DNA from: Nostoc sp.
GTDB taxonomy: Bacteria; Cyanobacteriota; Cyanobacteriia; Cyanobacteriales; Nostocaceae
Length of the DNA stretch: 64,000 nucleotides
Assembly (NCBI GenBank): GCA_036918135.1
Contig: JBALDB010000056.1
Coordinates: forward strand, 434,080-498,079
Direction of reading: 5' to 3'
Positions 1 through 10,735 of this stretch are shown one piece after another. Numbering within the stretch: the stretch's first letter is position 1; each line of letters begins with the position of its first letter. A program made the position numbers and the translations under genes. The notes under the pieces were generated by a model. The model ran no database searches. It saw only the letters and a program-made list of their open reading frames with translations, and was not told the origin of the DNA.

Positions 1-731
1 GTAAAGCAACTTTCATCGACAAAGATGGGCAGAGGAGAATTTTGCTTGAGTTTTGCTAAACTTATTTCCTGCCCCCGTGGCAATGGCTGTTCTACATATT
101 TTATACCTAAATCAGCCAGCCAATTGCACATGGCAATCGCATCTGCTAAACTCCACCCGCCGTTAGCATCAACAAAAAATTCTACTTTTGGTGCTACTTT
201 TTGCACTGCTAAGAGCATTTTTCGGTCTGCTTCTATGCCATCTGGATTACCTAGCTTAACTTTGAAAACACGCACATCCGTAAAGTTTAACCAGTCTTTT
301 GCCCTGGCGATCGCACCTTCTGGTGAATTAATCCCGATTGTTACAGAAGTCGGCACAATAGCGTGGCGAGCGAGTCCCCAAATTTGCCATAACGGTAACC
401 CTACCCGCTTACCAAGCCAGTCGTGTATTGCCATATCCAAGGCTGCTTTCACAGCAGAAGGAACCTGGTTTTGGGTTAATACTTGCTCAATTTGCTGCTG
501 CTGTAAGGGACTGAATGCTTGCAACAGTGGTATAACTTGCTGTATTGAGTTATTGATTGTATCAGTTGATTGTCGATGGTTACCCACACCGAAGGGCGAC
601 GCTTCCCCCCAGCCTTCGATTCCATCTTCTGAAATTCTCACCCAGACATTTGTTGTCTGTGCCGTTGTACCTCGACTAATAGTCAATGGAAATCTCTTAT
701 TAACTGTAAATAAATTTACATTTATTTGCAT
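1..731 (-). CDS. Dipeptide (L-Ala-D/L-Glu) epimerase, enolase superfamily; runs off the window edge
   Basis: Manual minus-strand translation from the ATG at 731 gives MQINVNLFTVNKRFPLTISRG...EGWGEA...FKVKLG...VDANGGW...YVEQP...PIFVDES. These are the KxK, DAN, EQP and DES motifs. Absent from the ORF track because it has no stop in the window. Confidence 0.92.
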   Translation of the reverse strand, partial: MQINVNLFTVNKRFPLTISRGTTAQTTNVWVRISEDGIEGWGEASPFGVGNHRQSTDTINNSIQQVIPLLQAFSPLQQQQIEQVLTQNQVPSAVKAALDMAIHDWLGKRVGLPLWQIWGLARHAIVPTSVTIGINSPEGAIARAKDWLNFTDVRVFKVKLGNPDGIEADRKMLLAVQKVAPKVEFFVDANGGWSLADAIAMCNWLADLGIKYVEQPLPRGQEISLAKLKQNSPLPIFVDESCF

Positions 732-856
732 AAATATAGAGCGTTATCATCTTATAGCAAAAGCCAGTGTAAGTTCAAAATTTAGACTATCAGAGGTATC
801 TGTTATACTTTTTTACATTCACTGCTTGACTCGTTATTTTATTTATTAATTAATTT

Positions 857-1411
857 ATGAGCAACTTAAAAAAATGGAAAACTTTAAAATCCAAAATGGT
901 TTTAGATGATTATTGGTGTCAGGTTAGGCAAGATGAAATAGAATTGCCCAATGGGAAAATTATCGATGATTATTTTGTCAGTATTAGACCTGACGTTGCA
1001 ATGGTTTTACCTATAACTAATAGTAGAGAAATTATTTTTGTTCGGCAATATAGACACGCTGTCGGTGATTTTTTCTTGGAACTGCCAGCAGGGAATTTCG
1101 ATTCTACAGAAGAGAGTGCTGAAGTGGCAGCAATCAGAGAACTTACAGAAGAAACTGGTTATATTTCCCAAGAGTTTATCAAAATCGGAACTTTATACGA
1201 TAAGCCAAGTAAAGATACTAATCAAATACATTTATTTTTAGCAAAAAATGTAAGTAAAGTTGGAGAGCAGAAGTTAGATATTACAGAAGAAATTGAGATT
1301 GTATTAATTCCAGTAGAATCAGTTTTAGAGAAAATTATTCAAGGAAAAATTTCTGTAGCAGGTACTGTAGCTGCTATCTTATTAGGTTTAAAATTTATAA
1401 CTTATCAATAA
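857..1411 (+). CDS. NUDIX hydrolase (ADP-ribose pyrophosphatase-like)
   Basis: Nudix box ELPAG...AAIRELTEETG; RQYRH motif. Confidence 0.92.
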   Translation: MSNLKKWKTLKSKMVLDDYWCQVRQDEIELPNGKIIDDYFVSIRPDVAMVLPITNSREIIFVRQYRHAVGDFFLELPAGNFDSTEESAEVAAIRELTEETGYISQEFIKIGTLYDKPSKDTNQIHLFLAKNVSKVGEQKLDITEEIEIVLIPVESVLEKIIQGKISVAGTVAAILLGLKFITYQ

Positions 1412-1947
1412 TTAATAGAGTTTTTTGCATTTAATAAGAATCCAGCTTCTAAACTTTTTTCGACATTACCACCAACATTCAACGCACCCCCCATCCAAAT
1501 AATTTTGTGAATTTTTGCTTCAATATCCGGCGCTTTGTCTAAGGCTACTGCAACCGTCGTCAACGGCCCAGTTACCATCAACGTTACAGGGCTTGATGCG
1601 TTACGTAACACTTCAATCGTAAAATCTTGACCTGTTTTGGCAACCAGAGGCGTAGTAATGATTTCGCTTTGGTTGAGAATGGGAAGATGGTCAACGATAA
1701 ACGAATCACGGCGATAGAGAGCAGGAAATGGATTGATACCACGTACAGTACTTTCTGCAACCGGAATATGAGAAAATCCCATTAAATCCAAGATTCTACG
1801 TGTGGCGCTAACAGCAGGTTGGATATAACAATCAGCTGTAACAACAACACCGAGAAGTTCGATACGATCCATTGTCAACAGCAGCATAGTTGCTAAATAA
1901 TCATCTATACCGCCATCACGATCCATTAATACGAGTTGTTTCGACAT
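1405..1947 (-). pseudogene. Truncated nucleoside hydrolase (IU-NH family)
   Basis: Starts MSKQLVLMDRDGGIDD (DxDxxxDD) and has TGPLT and WMGG. It ends about 180 aa in, before the expected AEWN motif and C-terminal half. Confidence 0.75.
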
Positions 1948-1965
1948 ATTAAGGAGAATAAAAAA

Positions 1966-2397
1966 ATGGATGAATTTATGCAGGCTGCAATTCAAGAAGC
2001 AAAACAAGGCAGACAGGAAGGTGGAATTCCTATCGGTTCGGTTCTCGTCAAGGATGGCAAAATTCTTGGCAAAGGACACAATAAACGCGTACAAGATGGC
2101 GATCCTGTTACCCATGCCGAAATTGATTGTCTCCGCAATGCTGGGAGAGTTGGCAACTATAGAGGTACAACACTATATTCAACCTTAATGCCGTGCTATT
2201 TATGCGCTGGGGCAGTGGTACAATTTGGCATTAAAAAAGTTATCGCTGGAGAATCCAAAACTTTTCCTGGTGCCAAAGACTTTATGGTATCTCACGGTGT
2301 AGAAGTAATCGATCTCAATCTTGACGAATGCGAACAAATAATGAATGAGTTTATTGAAACTAACCCCGAACTTTGGAACGAAGATATCGGCAAGTGA
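1966..2397 (+). CDS. Cytosine/nucleoside deaminase
   Basis: HAE and PCxxC zinc motifs; ATG at 1966 preceded by AAGGAG. Confidence 0.92.
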   Translation: MDEFMQAAIQEAKQGRQEGGIPIGSVLVKDGKILGKGHNKRVQDGDPVTHAEIDCLRNAGRVGNYRGTTLYSTLMPCYLCAGAVVQFGIKKVIAGESKTFPGAKDFMVSHGVEVIDLNLDECEQIMNEFIETNPELWNEDIGK

Positions 2398-2430
2398 AGT
2401 TCAAAGAACTGTGGGGGCACAACAACAGCA

Positions 2431-2455
2431 AGAGACGCGATAAATCGCCGTCTCT
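2431..2455. repeat. Short palindromic dispersed repeat (agagacgcgataaatcgccgtctct)
   Basis: Imperfect inverted repeat between convergent genes, of a type common in Nostocales. Confidence 0.55.
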
Positions 2456-2513
2456 ACTACTTGAAAAACGCTGTATGTAGTTTAATTAAATGAAAATTTC
2501 TCTAAAAAATTAG

Positions 2514-2735
2514 TTATTCTTCTGCTGGATAGAAAAGAAACCACCACAACTCTAGCCCGCTCAAAGCTAAACCAGCGATCGCCACACCAACTTTCAAGCC
2601 CAAAGGTTGCTCTATGTGTGGAAATTGGCTACTTTGTTCTGCATGAACTGGCATTTCTGCTAAAGTTACGGCTGATGTTCCAGTCAACAGAAATAAACCA
2701 GCCAGATTTCCCCAAAGTATTTTTTTGCTAAACAT
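2514..2735 (-). pseudogene. N-terminal fragment of a membrane-anchored cupredoxin-domain protein
   Basis: Signal-like N-terminus and TM segment ending LELWWFLF, directly downstream of the Cu ATPase. No cupredoxin domain follows before the stop. Confidence 0.55.
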
Positions 2736-2896
2736 TTGCTAATACCAAAAAGGGACTGGGGATTGGGTATTGAGAACTGGAGACTGGGTAAGTATTCCTA
2801 AATTTGAGAGAAGTTAAGTTTCAAACATAATTTTGGAGTTTTAAACTCAATCTTCAGTCTCTTTTACATCGAAAATCAGATAGTTTGTCTTGGAAT

Positions 2897-5224
2897 TTAT
2901 GAGATAGCTTTTGCTTGAAAGTTACGCAATCTTAGGGCATTGCTAACAACAGAAAGCGAAGAAAGCGCCATCGCGGCTCCGGCAATAATGGGATTGAGTA
3001 ACCAACCAAAGATTGGGAAGAGAATTCCAGCAGCAATAGGAATGCCAATAATGTTGTAAATAAAAGCAAAAAAGAGATTTTGCTTGATATTGTTGATAGT
3101 AGCGCGACTGAGTTGAATAGCGGTTACAATTCCTTGTAAATCTCCAGAAACTAGGGTGATATCGCTAGCAGCGATCGCCACATCTGTTCCTGTACCGATG
3201 GCAATCCCCACGTCAGCCTGTGCTAGTGCTGGCGCATCATTGATGCCATCACCTACCATTGCTACCAGAGATTGGGGATTGAGTCTTGGGGATTGGGTAT
3301 TGGGAAGAATTTTTTCTAGTCGCCAGTTCCTAGTCCCCAGTCCCTCTTTTTGCAGAGATTGAATAATCGCCGCTTTTCCATCGGGACGGACTTCGGCAAA
3401 TACTCGTTTGATACCAACTTGCTCGGCGATCGCTTGGGCTGTTTTCTGATTATCTCCGGTAAGCATGACTACTTCTAAACCCAACTTCTGTAGTGCTTTG
3501 ACTACTGCTGTGGATGAAGGTTTGAGGGCATCGGCAATACCCATTACTGCTTGAATTTCGCCATCTACGGTGATGAAAATCACTGTTTTGCCAGCAGTTT
3601 CCCATACATTTTTATACTGCTGGAGAGTCCTAGTGTTAATTTCGAGTTCAGCCAACCAGCGTTGGCTACCAATTTGCACCAAGCGATCGCCAACAACTGC
3701 TTGCACGCCACTACCTGCAATTGCTTGAAAGTTCTTCGCCTCTGTTAAACTCACCTCTTGAGACTGGGCATATCTGACAACAGCCGAGGCTAAGGGATGT
3801 TCAGAATTTCGTTCTACCGTTGCTGCTAACTGTAAAAGCTTGAGTTCGTTACCATTGGCTGTGCCGTTGACAGTGATAAAATCTGTAACTGTAGGTTTAC
3901 CCACAGTTAAAGTACCAGTTTTATCTAAAACGATGGTTTGGATTTTGTGTGCGAGTTCTAAGCTGTCTGCGCCTTTAATCAAAATGCCATTTTCTGCACC
4001 TTTGCCGGTTCCCACCATTACAGAAGTCGGGGTAGCTAAACCCAAAGCACAAGGACAAGCGATAATCAGTACACCTACCGTTGTCATTGTGGCTAGGGTG
4101 AAGTTGCCTGTAAAGCTAAACCAAATTACAAAAGTGGCGATCGCAATGGCAATCACAACTGGTACAAACCATCCTGTCACTCGATCTGCCAAGCGCTGAA
4201 TTGGTGCTTTAGAACCTTGTGCTTGTTGCACTAGTTTGACAATTTGAGCCAAAAACGTATCTTTTCCGACTCGTGTCGCCCGAAACTGAAATGCACCCGC
4301 ACCGTTTATCGTCGCCCCAATCACCTCATCTCCTGGTTGCTTTTTGACTGGCAAACTTTCACCGGTCACCATCGCTTCATCTACTGTGGAAACACCTGTA
4401 ATGATTTCGCCATCTACTGGAATCTTTTCACCGGGACGCACCAAAATCACATCGTTGATTCTGACTTTGGCGATGGGAACATCAATTTCCACACCGTTAC
4501 GGATGACTCTGGCATCTCTGGCTTGGAGTCCCATAAGTTTGCGGATAGCTTCAGAAGTTTGTCCTTTGGCGCGATTTTCCAATAATCGCCCCAGTAAAAT
4601 TAAACTAATGACAATGGCGGCAACTTCATAATAAACATGAACAATCAAACCTTGAGCAATAAAAAATCCAGGGAAAACGGTAATAAACAAAGAATATAGA
4701 TATGCCGCACTTGTACCCAAACTAATCAGCGTGTCCATTGTCGCCGTATGGCGCTTGAAAGCTTTCCAGCCATTGCGGTAAAAAGAGCCACCACACCAAA
4801 ACACAACGGGTGTTGTCAGCACCAGCTGTAGCCAAGGATTCTCCAGGAAACTGGGAATCAAAGGTAAATTCACCCCAATCATCATCGGCAGCGATCCCAA
4901 AAATAGGAAACTACTGATTACGCCTCCTACTATTACTTTCTGGGATAGTTCGCGTTGTTTTGCTTGTCTAGTTGCTGTCTCCAGATCATTTTCTTGAGAC
5001 AGCATTTCTTCTGCGAGTGAGTAGGAAGAGTAACCCGCCGCCGCGATCGCCGCTTGGATTTTCTCTAGATTAGTGAGAGAGCGATCGTAATTGATGGCGG
5101 CTTGCTCTGCTCCAAAGTTAACGTTACAGTCACTTACTCCAGGAACCGAGCGAATCGCCTTTTCGACGTTATTGGCGCAAGCGGCGCAACTCATGCCTCG
5201 AAGTTTGAGTGTAAGAGTATCCAT
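2897..5224 (-). CDS. pacS: Copper-translocating P1B-type ATPase (PacS/CopA-like)
   Basis: GMSCAAC HMA domain, [26 protein letters not shown] and MALSS motifs. Confidence 0.93.
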   Translation of the reverse strand: MDTLTLKLRGMSCAACANNVEKAIRSVPGVSDCNVNFGAEQAAINYDRSLTNLEKIQAAIAAAGYSSYSLAEEMLSQENDLETATRQAKQRELSQKVIVGGVISSFLFLGSLPMMIGVNLPLIPSFLENPWLQLVLTTPVVFWCGGSFYRNGWKAFKRHTATMDTLISLGTSAAYLYSLFITVFPGFFIAQGLIVHVYYEVAAIVISLILLGRLLENRAKGQTSEAIRKLMGLQARDARVIRNGVEIDVPIAKVRINDVILVRPGEKIPVDGEIITGVSTVDEAMVTGESLPVKKQPGDEVIGATINGAGAFQFRATRVGKDTFLAQIVKLVQQAQGSKAPIQRLADRVTGWFVPVVIAIAIATFVIWFSFTGNFTLATMTTVGVLIIACPCALGLATPTSVMVGTGKGAENGILIKGADSLELAHKIQTIVLDKTGTLTVGKPTVTDFITVNGTANGNELKLLQLAATVERNSEHPLASAVVRYAQSQEVSLTEAKNFQAIAGSGVQAVVGDRLVQIGSQRWLAELEINTRTLQQYKNVWETAGKTVIFITVDGEIQAVMGIADALKPSSTAVVKALQKLGLEVVMLTGDNQKTAQAIAEQVGIKRVFAEVRPDGKAAIIQSLQKEGLGTRNWRLEKILPNTQSPRLNPQSLVAMVGDGINDAPALAQADVGIAIGTGTDVAIAASDITLVSGDLQGIVTAIQLSRATINNIKQNLFFAFIYNIIGIPIAAGILFPIFGWLLNPIIAGAAMALSSLSVVSNALRLRNFQAKAIS

Positions 5225-5320
5225 ATTGGGGATTGGGAATTGGGGACGGAGATTGAGGAATAGGGAGATGGGGAGAAGTTGCAGCAGTTTTTCCCCTCTG
5301 CCCCTCTGCCCCCATCCTCT

Positions 5321-5515
5321 CTAAGCGACTGGATAGCCAGCAGCAGCTAAGGCTTCCTTAATCGCTGTCTCTGATGCTTGAGTTTCTACGCTGACAAGCT
5401 TGGTTGTTGGATCGGCCTGAATGCTAGCATTGGCATCGACCGCATGGAGTGCTTTGGTAATAGTACTCGCACAAGCAGAACAAGCCATATTGGGAACTGT
5501 GAGTTGGAAAGTCAT
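5321..5515 (-). CDS. atx1: Copper chaperone (Atx1/CopZ)
   Basis: 64 aa HMA domain MTFQLTVPNMACSAC, upstream of the ATPase. Confidence 0.88.
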   Translation of the reverse strand: MTFQLTVPNMACSACASTITKALHAVDANASIQADPTTKLVSVETQASETAIKEALAAAGYPVA

Positions 5516-5625
5516 AGATTTACGGGATAAAATGAACAACCTCGCCACACCAAGCTGGATGACTGGGACGTATATCTTACACCTCAGAAATTTCTGATTT
5601 CTGGCTGAAGAATCGCCTTGAATTT

Positions 5626-5657
5626 ATCCTAAACTCTCCACTCGGGTGGAGAGTCTA
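5626..5657 (-). promoter_or_regulatory. MerR/CueR-type promoter-operator for the copper genes
   Basis: Minus strand TAGACT-N20-TAGGAT containing the dyad ACTCTCCAC-N4-GTGGAGAGT. Confidence 0.65.
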
Positions 5658-5881
5658 GAGATTTTTAAAAGTTTCAAAAATACAAAATACTACAAAGACT
5701 TGTCATCAGATGAAAGTGTGTGTTATCAAGTGATATAACCACATTAATTAAAATTAACCCTTGTTTTCCCCACAATTGTCGGAAAACAACCCTCCCTACC
5801 ACTAGACGCGGCTGCTGAACCCAAGTCTTGTTATCTCTTCACAATAAAGGGTCTTTTTTAAGACTCAATTTTGGAGTTTTC

Positions 5882-7321
5882 ATGCAGCCAAAAAATTTAA
5901 AACGTCTCCTGCGTGCTTTAGGGCGGCAGGGTTTGGATGTAACTTACAATAATCAGACTTATTGTGTCGGTCTAACTAATTTTGCTGATGCTCCTATAGC
6001 AGAAGTCCTATTACCGAAAGACTTCCCCGTAGAAGCTAAGGCGCTCAAGCAGTTAGCGAATTTGGCAAGCGTCCGCCACCCATCGGGTGGATGTGTGTGT
6101 CGTGCCTGTGCTACGCCTGACTTTCACCCCGGTGATGCGGGGGTTGCTATTGGTTCAGTTGTAGAAACTGTTGGTCAAGTAATTCCTAGTGCTGTCGGTT
6201 CTGACATCAATTGTGGAATGCGCCTGCATGTTGCTAATTTGACAATCGAGGAATTCCTCGCAAAGCGTGACCAATTCGTAGAACAGATGAAGGGAGATTA
6301 CTTCTTTGGTACGCGTGATGTAACGATGACTGCTCAGGCAATGCAAGCTTTATTTCAGTACGGAGTTCCTGGTTGGCTGGATGCCATGCTAGATCGACCT
6401 ACAGGGAGTGTAGTTAAGTCTGACTTGCAACAACTTGCCGAAGAAAGCGAACGCATCTTCTTAGGTGGTTCAATGGATGGTAACTGGAAACTCGCACCTG
6501 AAGAATTGGTTCCTGATGCTGGACTAGTGCGCGATGGCGGACTGGCAACCATCGGCGGCGGTAATCATTTTGTAGAAGTGCAGCGAGTTGATAAAGTCGA
6601 AAATCGTACGCTTGCCCATGCTTGGGGAGTACGCGAGGGACAGCTGGCTTTTATGATTCACTCTGGTTCTCGGAATGTGGGTAAGTACATCGGGGGAATG
6701 TGGCGAGATAAAGCTAAGGCAGCTTGGCAAAAAGGTTTGAAATATCCAGATTCTCAGATTTTTCCTCTTTCTACTTCTTCTCATCCCGAACTAGTAACGA
6801 GTTACCTGCAAGCTGAGGCAACAGCTGCTAACTATGGCTTTGTTAATCGCCTGCTGTTAGCGGAACTGCTGCGTTTGCGTTTGCGAGAAGTATACAAAGA
6901 TGTGGAAGCACCTCTAGTTTATGACTTACCCCACAACATCACTTTGCCAGAAGGTGAAGGATGGGTAACACGTAAAGGCGCTTGTCCCGCATATCCAGGG
7001 CAACCAGTGATTATCCCTGGTTCAATGGGTGCTTACTCTTATTTAATGGTGGGCAGAGGTAATCCAGCATTTTGTAATTCTGCTTCACATGGGGCGGGAA
7101 GAATTCGTTCTCGTTTTGACCTCAATCGCAGAGGTGCATCCCAAAGTGAGGCAGAACTGGGATTAACTGGAGTAAACTGCATCACCTTGCGTCAAGAACG
7201 CCGTATTGAAGAAGCACCCGCAGCTTACAAACCGATTCAGTCTGTGATTAATGTTCAAGTTGAGGCAGGAATAGTAGATGTTGTGGCGCGGTTGAGTCCA
7301 GTATTGACGTTTAAGGCCTAA
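5882..7321 (+). CDS. rtcB: RtcB-family RNA ligase
   Basis: PDFH, DINCG, GGNHF, HSGSR, HN, RKGA, PGSMG, SHGAGR and EAPxAYK motifs; ATG at 5882 with GGAG upstream. Confidence 0.93.
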   Translation: MQPKNLKRLLRALGRQGLDVTYNNQTYCVGLTNFADAPIAEVLLPKDFPVEAKALKQLANLASVRHPSGGCVCRACATPDFHPGDAGVAIGSVVETVGQVIPSAVGSDINCGMRLHVANLTIEEFLAKRDQFVEQMKGDYFFGTRDVTMTAQAMQALFQYGVPGWLDAMLDRPTGSVVKSDLQQLAEESERIFLGGSMDGNWKLAPEELVPDAGLVRDGGLATIGGGNHFVEVQRVDKVENRTLAHAWGVREGQLAFMIHSGSRNVGKYIGGMWRDKAKAAWQKGLKYPDSQIFPLSTSSHPELVTSYLQAEATAANYGFVNRLLLAELLRLRLREVYKDVEAPLVYDLPHNITLPEGEGWVTRKGACPAYPGQPVIIPGSMGAYSYLMVGRGNPAFCNSASHGAGRIRSRFDLNRRGASQSEAELGLTGVNCITLRQERRIEEAPAAYKPIQSVINVQVEAGIVDVVARLSPVLTFKA

Positions 7322-7351
7322 AGCCTTATTAAAGGTTAACTGATGACTGTT

Positions 7352-7410
7352 AACTGTCAACCATCAACGTGAAATCTCATCCCTTTCCTTTTTAGAAGTG
7401 GGATGAGCTT
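7352..7410. repeat. Dispersed repeat, copy 1 (aacgtgaaat.tcatccc...gtgggatgagct)
   Basis: Closely similar to 27651-27700; contains a tcatccc/gggatga hairpin. Confidence 0.65.
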
Positions 7411-7420
7411 AACTCTTAAT

Positions 7421-8299
7421 TCATAAAGTTTCTTGGGAAAGGGTAGTAATTATGTCTGGTAGCGGCCGATCGCCATTGCTCTCTTCCGGAGTTTCCCTAC
7501 CCAAAGATGTTTCTTTGACTAACCGATAAACATCGGCTGCTCCTTGAAAAATCTGCTCTGTCAAATCTAAGGCTTCAAATGTGTCTGCAATCTCTTCCAT
7601 TTCTCCCACCCATCGATGTGCTTTTGGTGTCATAGATGGCAGGGAATGAGTAAGTATTTTTGCTAGTTCTGGCTGGCTACTGGACACTTCAGCCCACAGT
7701 TCTTGGTCTAAACCTAAGCGATGAGCTGCAATCAGCAATTCTGTACCGATTGCTGTTAATCCTTTTGTCAGTGCTGCGTAGCACATTTTTAACCCTGAAG
7801 CCTGACCAATTTCATCGCCAATCACCCGCACATCTAATCCATAGTCTCGCAATTGTTCGAGTTCAACTGCCTGTTTTCCAGATACATAGATGCGGGTGCG
7901 ATTGGGAACTCGTGGAGGCGGGCCAATGATTGATGCATCGATAAATTGTCCGCCGTTTGATTCAATTATTTGGGCAATGTTTCTAACCTTTTGCGGTGCG
8001 ATCGCGTTGGCGTCAACGTATAAAATGCTTTTACCAACGCTGCCTATTGCTTGAGCTACTTTTTCTGCTGCCTCTGTAGCAGCAGCGGGAACTAGCACAG
8101 ACAGAACTACATCGGATTCGATCGCTAATTGTTTGAGCGAACCAACATCTCCGATATTGGCTGCTGCGGCTAATTGTCGAGTGCGATCGCTTCGGTCGTC
8201 CAACGCCGCAATCGTCTTCAATCCATGTTGATTGAGTACAGTAGCGATCGCTTGCCCCATGTCGCCCGGACTTAAAATACCAACAGTTTGAATTTGCAT
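7421..8299 (-). CDS. NAD(P)-dependent oxidoreductase (6PGDH/3-hydroxyisobutyrate DH-like, DUF1932 type)
   Basis: GILSPGDMG Rossmann start; ASGLKMCYAALTKG; RWVGEMEEI. Confidence 0.85.
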   Translation of the reverse strand: MQIQTVGILSPGDMGQAIATVLNQHGLKTIAALDDRSDRTRQLAAAANIGDVGSLKQLAIESDVVLSVLVPAAATEAAEKVAQAIGSVGKSILYVDANAIAPQKVRNIAQIIESNGGQFIDASIIGPPPRVPNRTRIYVSGKQAVELEQLRDYGLDVRVIGDEIGQASGLKMCYAALTKGLTAIGTELLIAAHRLGLDQELWAEVSSSQPELAKILTHSLPSMTPKAHRWVGEMEEIADTFEALDLTEQIFQGAADVYRLVKETSLGRETPEESNGDRPLPDIITTLSQETL

Positions 8300-8487
8300 A
8301 GCAAACCTGATTCCAAAATGCGCTCAAAGAGTACTGATGTGACCCTTTGTCTGGGCATCCAGTACTCCTTGTTAGCATAGGTGGGGAGATTGAGTTATGA
8401 AATAAAATACAGTAATTTGATTGAGTTACCGTATTTTGTCTAAATACCAACTTATCACAAATTCATCTCAGGAAGCAAGCTATTGCA

Positions 8488-9103
8488 GTGAAGCTGACAA
8501 TCAGACTAGCCGATGAAAACGATGCATCACAAATGCTCTTAATTTATGCACCAATTGTTCAGGAAACCACAATTTCCTTTGAATTACAACCCCCCAGCGA
8601 AACGGAGTTTCAAAACCGGATTAAGAACTATCAACAGCAGATGCCTTGGCTAGTTTGCGAAATTAATGGTGAAGCTGGCTACGCTTATGCTAATCCTTAT
8701 CGTACCCGTGCAGCTTACCAATGGTCTGTAGAATCATCTGTGTACGTTGGTGAGAATCATCACCGAAAAGGAGTTGCTAAAGCTTTGTATACGACACTGT
8801 TTAAGTTACTGCAACTCCAAGGATTTTATAACGTTGTAGCTGCGATCGCTTTACCCAATCAACCCAGTGTGACTGTACATGAAGCTGTTGGGTTTGTACC
8901 TGTAGGAGTTTTTCAGCGAGTCTGATTTAAATTTGGTAAGTGGCGTGATGTAGGTTACTGGCAATTATCTCTACAACCAGAGCAATGTTTCTTAAGTGAT
9001 GGCGATTGAACTTATAAATTCACCTGTTTCTGTCTCAGAAATACAAAAATCGCCTTTGTGGGATCAAGCTTTAACAAATGGACTGTTGTTGGTGCGAGTT
9101 TAA
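8488..9103 (+). pseudogene. GNAT phosphinothricin/arsinothricin N-acetyltransferase-like, disrupted
   Basis: In-frame TGA at 8923-8925 where G is expected (RV*FKFGKWRDVGYWQL continues). A probable second lesion near 9005 precedes a plausible C-terminus SPLWDQALTNGLLLVRV* ending at 9103. Confidence 0.8.
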
Positions 9104-9213
9104 CTACAAAATTTCACAAGTTCTTTATTGAACAATGCCCCAGCAGCACTTCTAATTGCAGCGTCATGATTAATAAGCGTATCGTCAAGGTCAAAAAGTA
9201 CAGCTTTAATCAT
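9100..9213 (-). pseudogene. HAD-family hydrolase N-terminal remnant
   Basis: Manual translation MIKAVLFDLDDTLINHDAAIRSAAGALFNKELVKFCS*: HAD motif I, only 37 aa. Confidence 0.75.
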
Positions 9214-9249
9214 GTAGCTAACTATACGTAATAGAACAAACATAAAATT

Positions 9250-10456
9250 ATGTCAGAAATTGCTGATTTATCTGCATCTCAACTGTTGTCACTATACCGC
9301 GATCGCCAATTATCTACCAGTTGAAGCCACTAAAGCCACCCTAGAACGGATCGATACTTACAATAGCTCAGTTAATGCCTTTGCGATCATCGATCAAAAG
9401 ACAGCTCTTGTTGAAGCTCAGGCTTCAGAAGTACGCTGGCTCAATGGTAATCCCCTTGGCTTGGTGGATGATATACCCTTTACTGCCAAAGATTTATTGT
9501 TAACTAAGGGTTTACCAACGCACCGGGGAAGTAAAGCGATTATTGCCAATCAACCTTGGGAAGAAGATGCACCTGCGGTAGCTTGTTTCCGGGAACAGGG
9601 AGCGGTACTACTCGGAAAAACCACAACTTCAGAATTTGGCTGGAAGGGTGTCACCGATAGTGCCCTGACTGGTATTACCCGCAATCCTTGGAATACAGAA
9701 CTGACTGCCAAAGGTAGTAGCGGTGGGGCAGCTGTGGCTGCTGCATTAGGAATGGGTATTCTTCACCTGGGTACAGATGGCGGCGGCTCATCAAGAACAT
9801 CGGCGGCTTTAACAGGAGTGTTTGGTTTCAAGCCTACTTTTGGGCGCGTAGCTGGTTATCCATCAGCCCATACTGGAACTTTGTTTTATATTGGCGTTCT
9901 TGTTCGTACTGTTACCGATGCAGCAGTCACGTTAAATGTTATTGCCCATCCTGATGTTCGTGATTGGTATGCTCTACCAGATGAGCAACAAGACTATACT
10001 GTGGATTTAGATCGGGGTGTAGCTGGATTGCGAATTGCTTACAGTCCGAACTTTGGATATGCCGATGTCGATTCGGAAGTAGCTGCCTTAGTTAGAGCCG
10101 CAGTCGATGTTTTTGCCAAACTCGGTGCTGTTGTTGAGCAAGTCGATCCTGGTTTTGCCAATCCCCGCAGTATTTTTCAAACCTTCTGGCAAGTGGGTGC
10201 AGCGAAGCTACTGCGCGGCTTTAGTTCAGAACAACGAGCTGCGATTGAACAAGGATTGCAGGCTACTGCTAAAGAAGGCGATCGCATTACTCTATCAGAA
10301 TACATCAGCGCTCAGGATGCTCGTGAAGCTTTAGGAAGACATTCGCAACGCTTTCATGAAAACTATGATTTGTACAGTACTTGTCCCCTTATAAAATACT
10401 GTTTGTCTACCGATTTTACGGTGTTTATTTTAGAAGTATTACATAGCTATGAGTAA
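9250..10456 (+). pseudogene. Amidase-signature family protein, frameshifted and 3'-truncated
   Basis: ATG at 9250 (MSEIADLSASQLLSLYRDRQLS) is out of frame with PVEAT..., implying a frameshift near 9316. GSSGG and GTDGGGS are present. Amidase-like sequence stops at ENYDL (~10372). Confidence 0.8.
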
Positions 10457-10735
10457 AATTCAAGTCCTTAGACAACAAATATATGATTGTTTAAATTTAA
10501 GTAAAACTAATAATTAGCTTAGCTAAGTATACTCTAATTATTATACGCACCATTATATAAAGGCTAAAAAGGACTAGGCATGTGAGGAGGCAAAGGAGAT
10601 GGAGGAAAACTCTTCGCTCATCTGGCTTGTCTTTCCCAGTTACTTTTGATAGATAATCTAGGCAATCGCTCTTTACCTTTGACTGGACAATGAGTGCACA
10701 GACAACAATGCGATCGCCGCACTTTACAGGCAAAC

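Noticed and set aside
25..849. 274 aa plus-strand ORF
   Set aside because: Antisense shadow of the minus-strand epimerase, which carries the recognisable motifs.
1948..2115. N-terminal extension of the nucleoside hydrolase ORF
   Set aside because: Overlaps the divergent deaminase; the real start is the ATG at 1947.
8923..8925. TGA as selenocysteine or programmed readthrough
   Set aside because: The position corresponds to Gly (likely GGA to TGA), the gene has other lesions, and its neighbours are also decayed.
10497..10733. 78 aa minus-strand ORF next to the array
   Set aside because: Non-ATG start, no recognisable motif; likely spurious.
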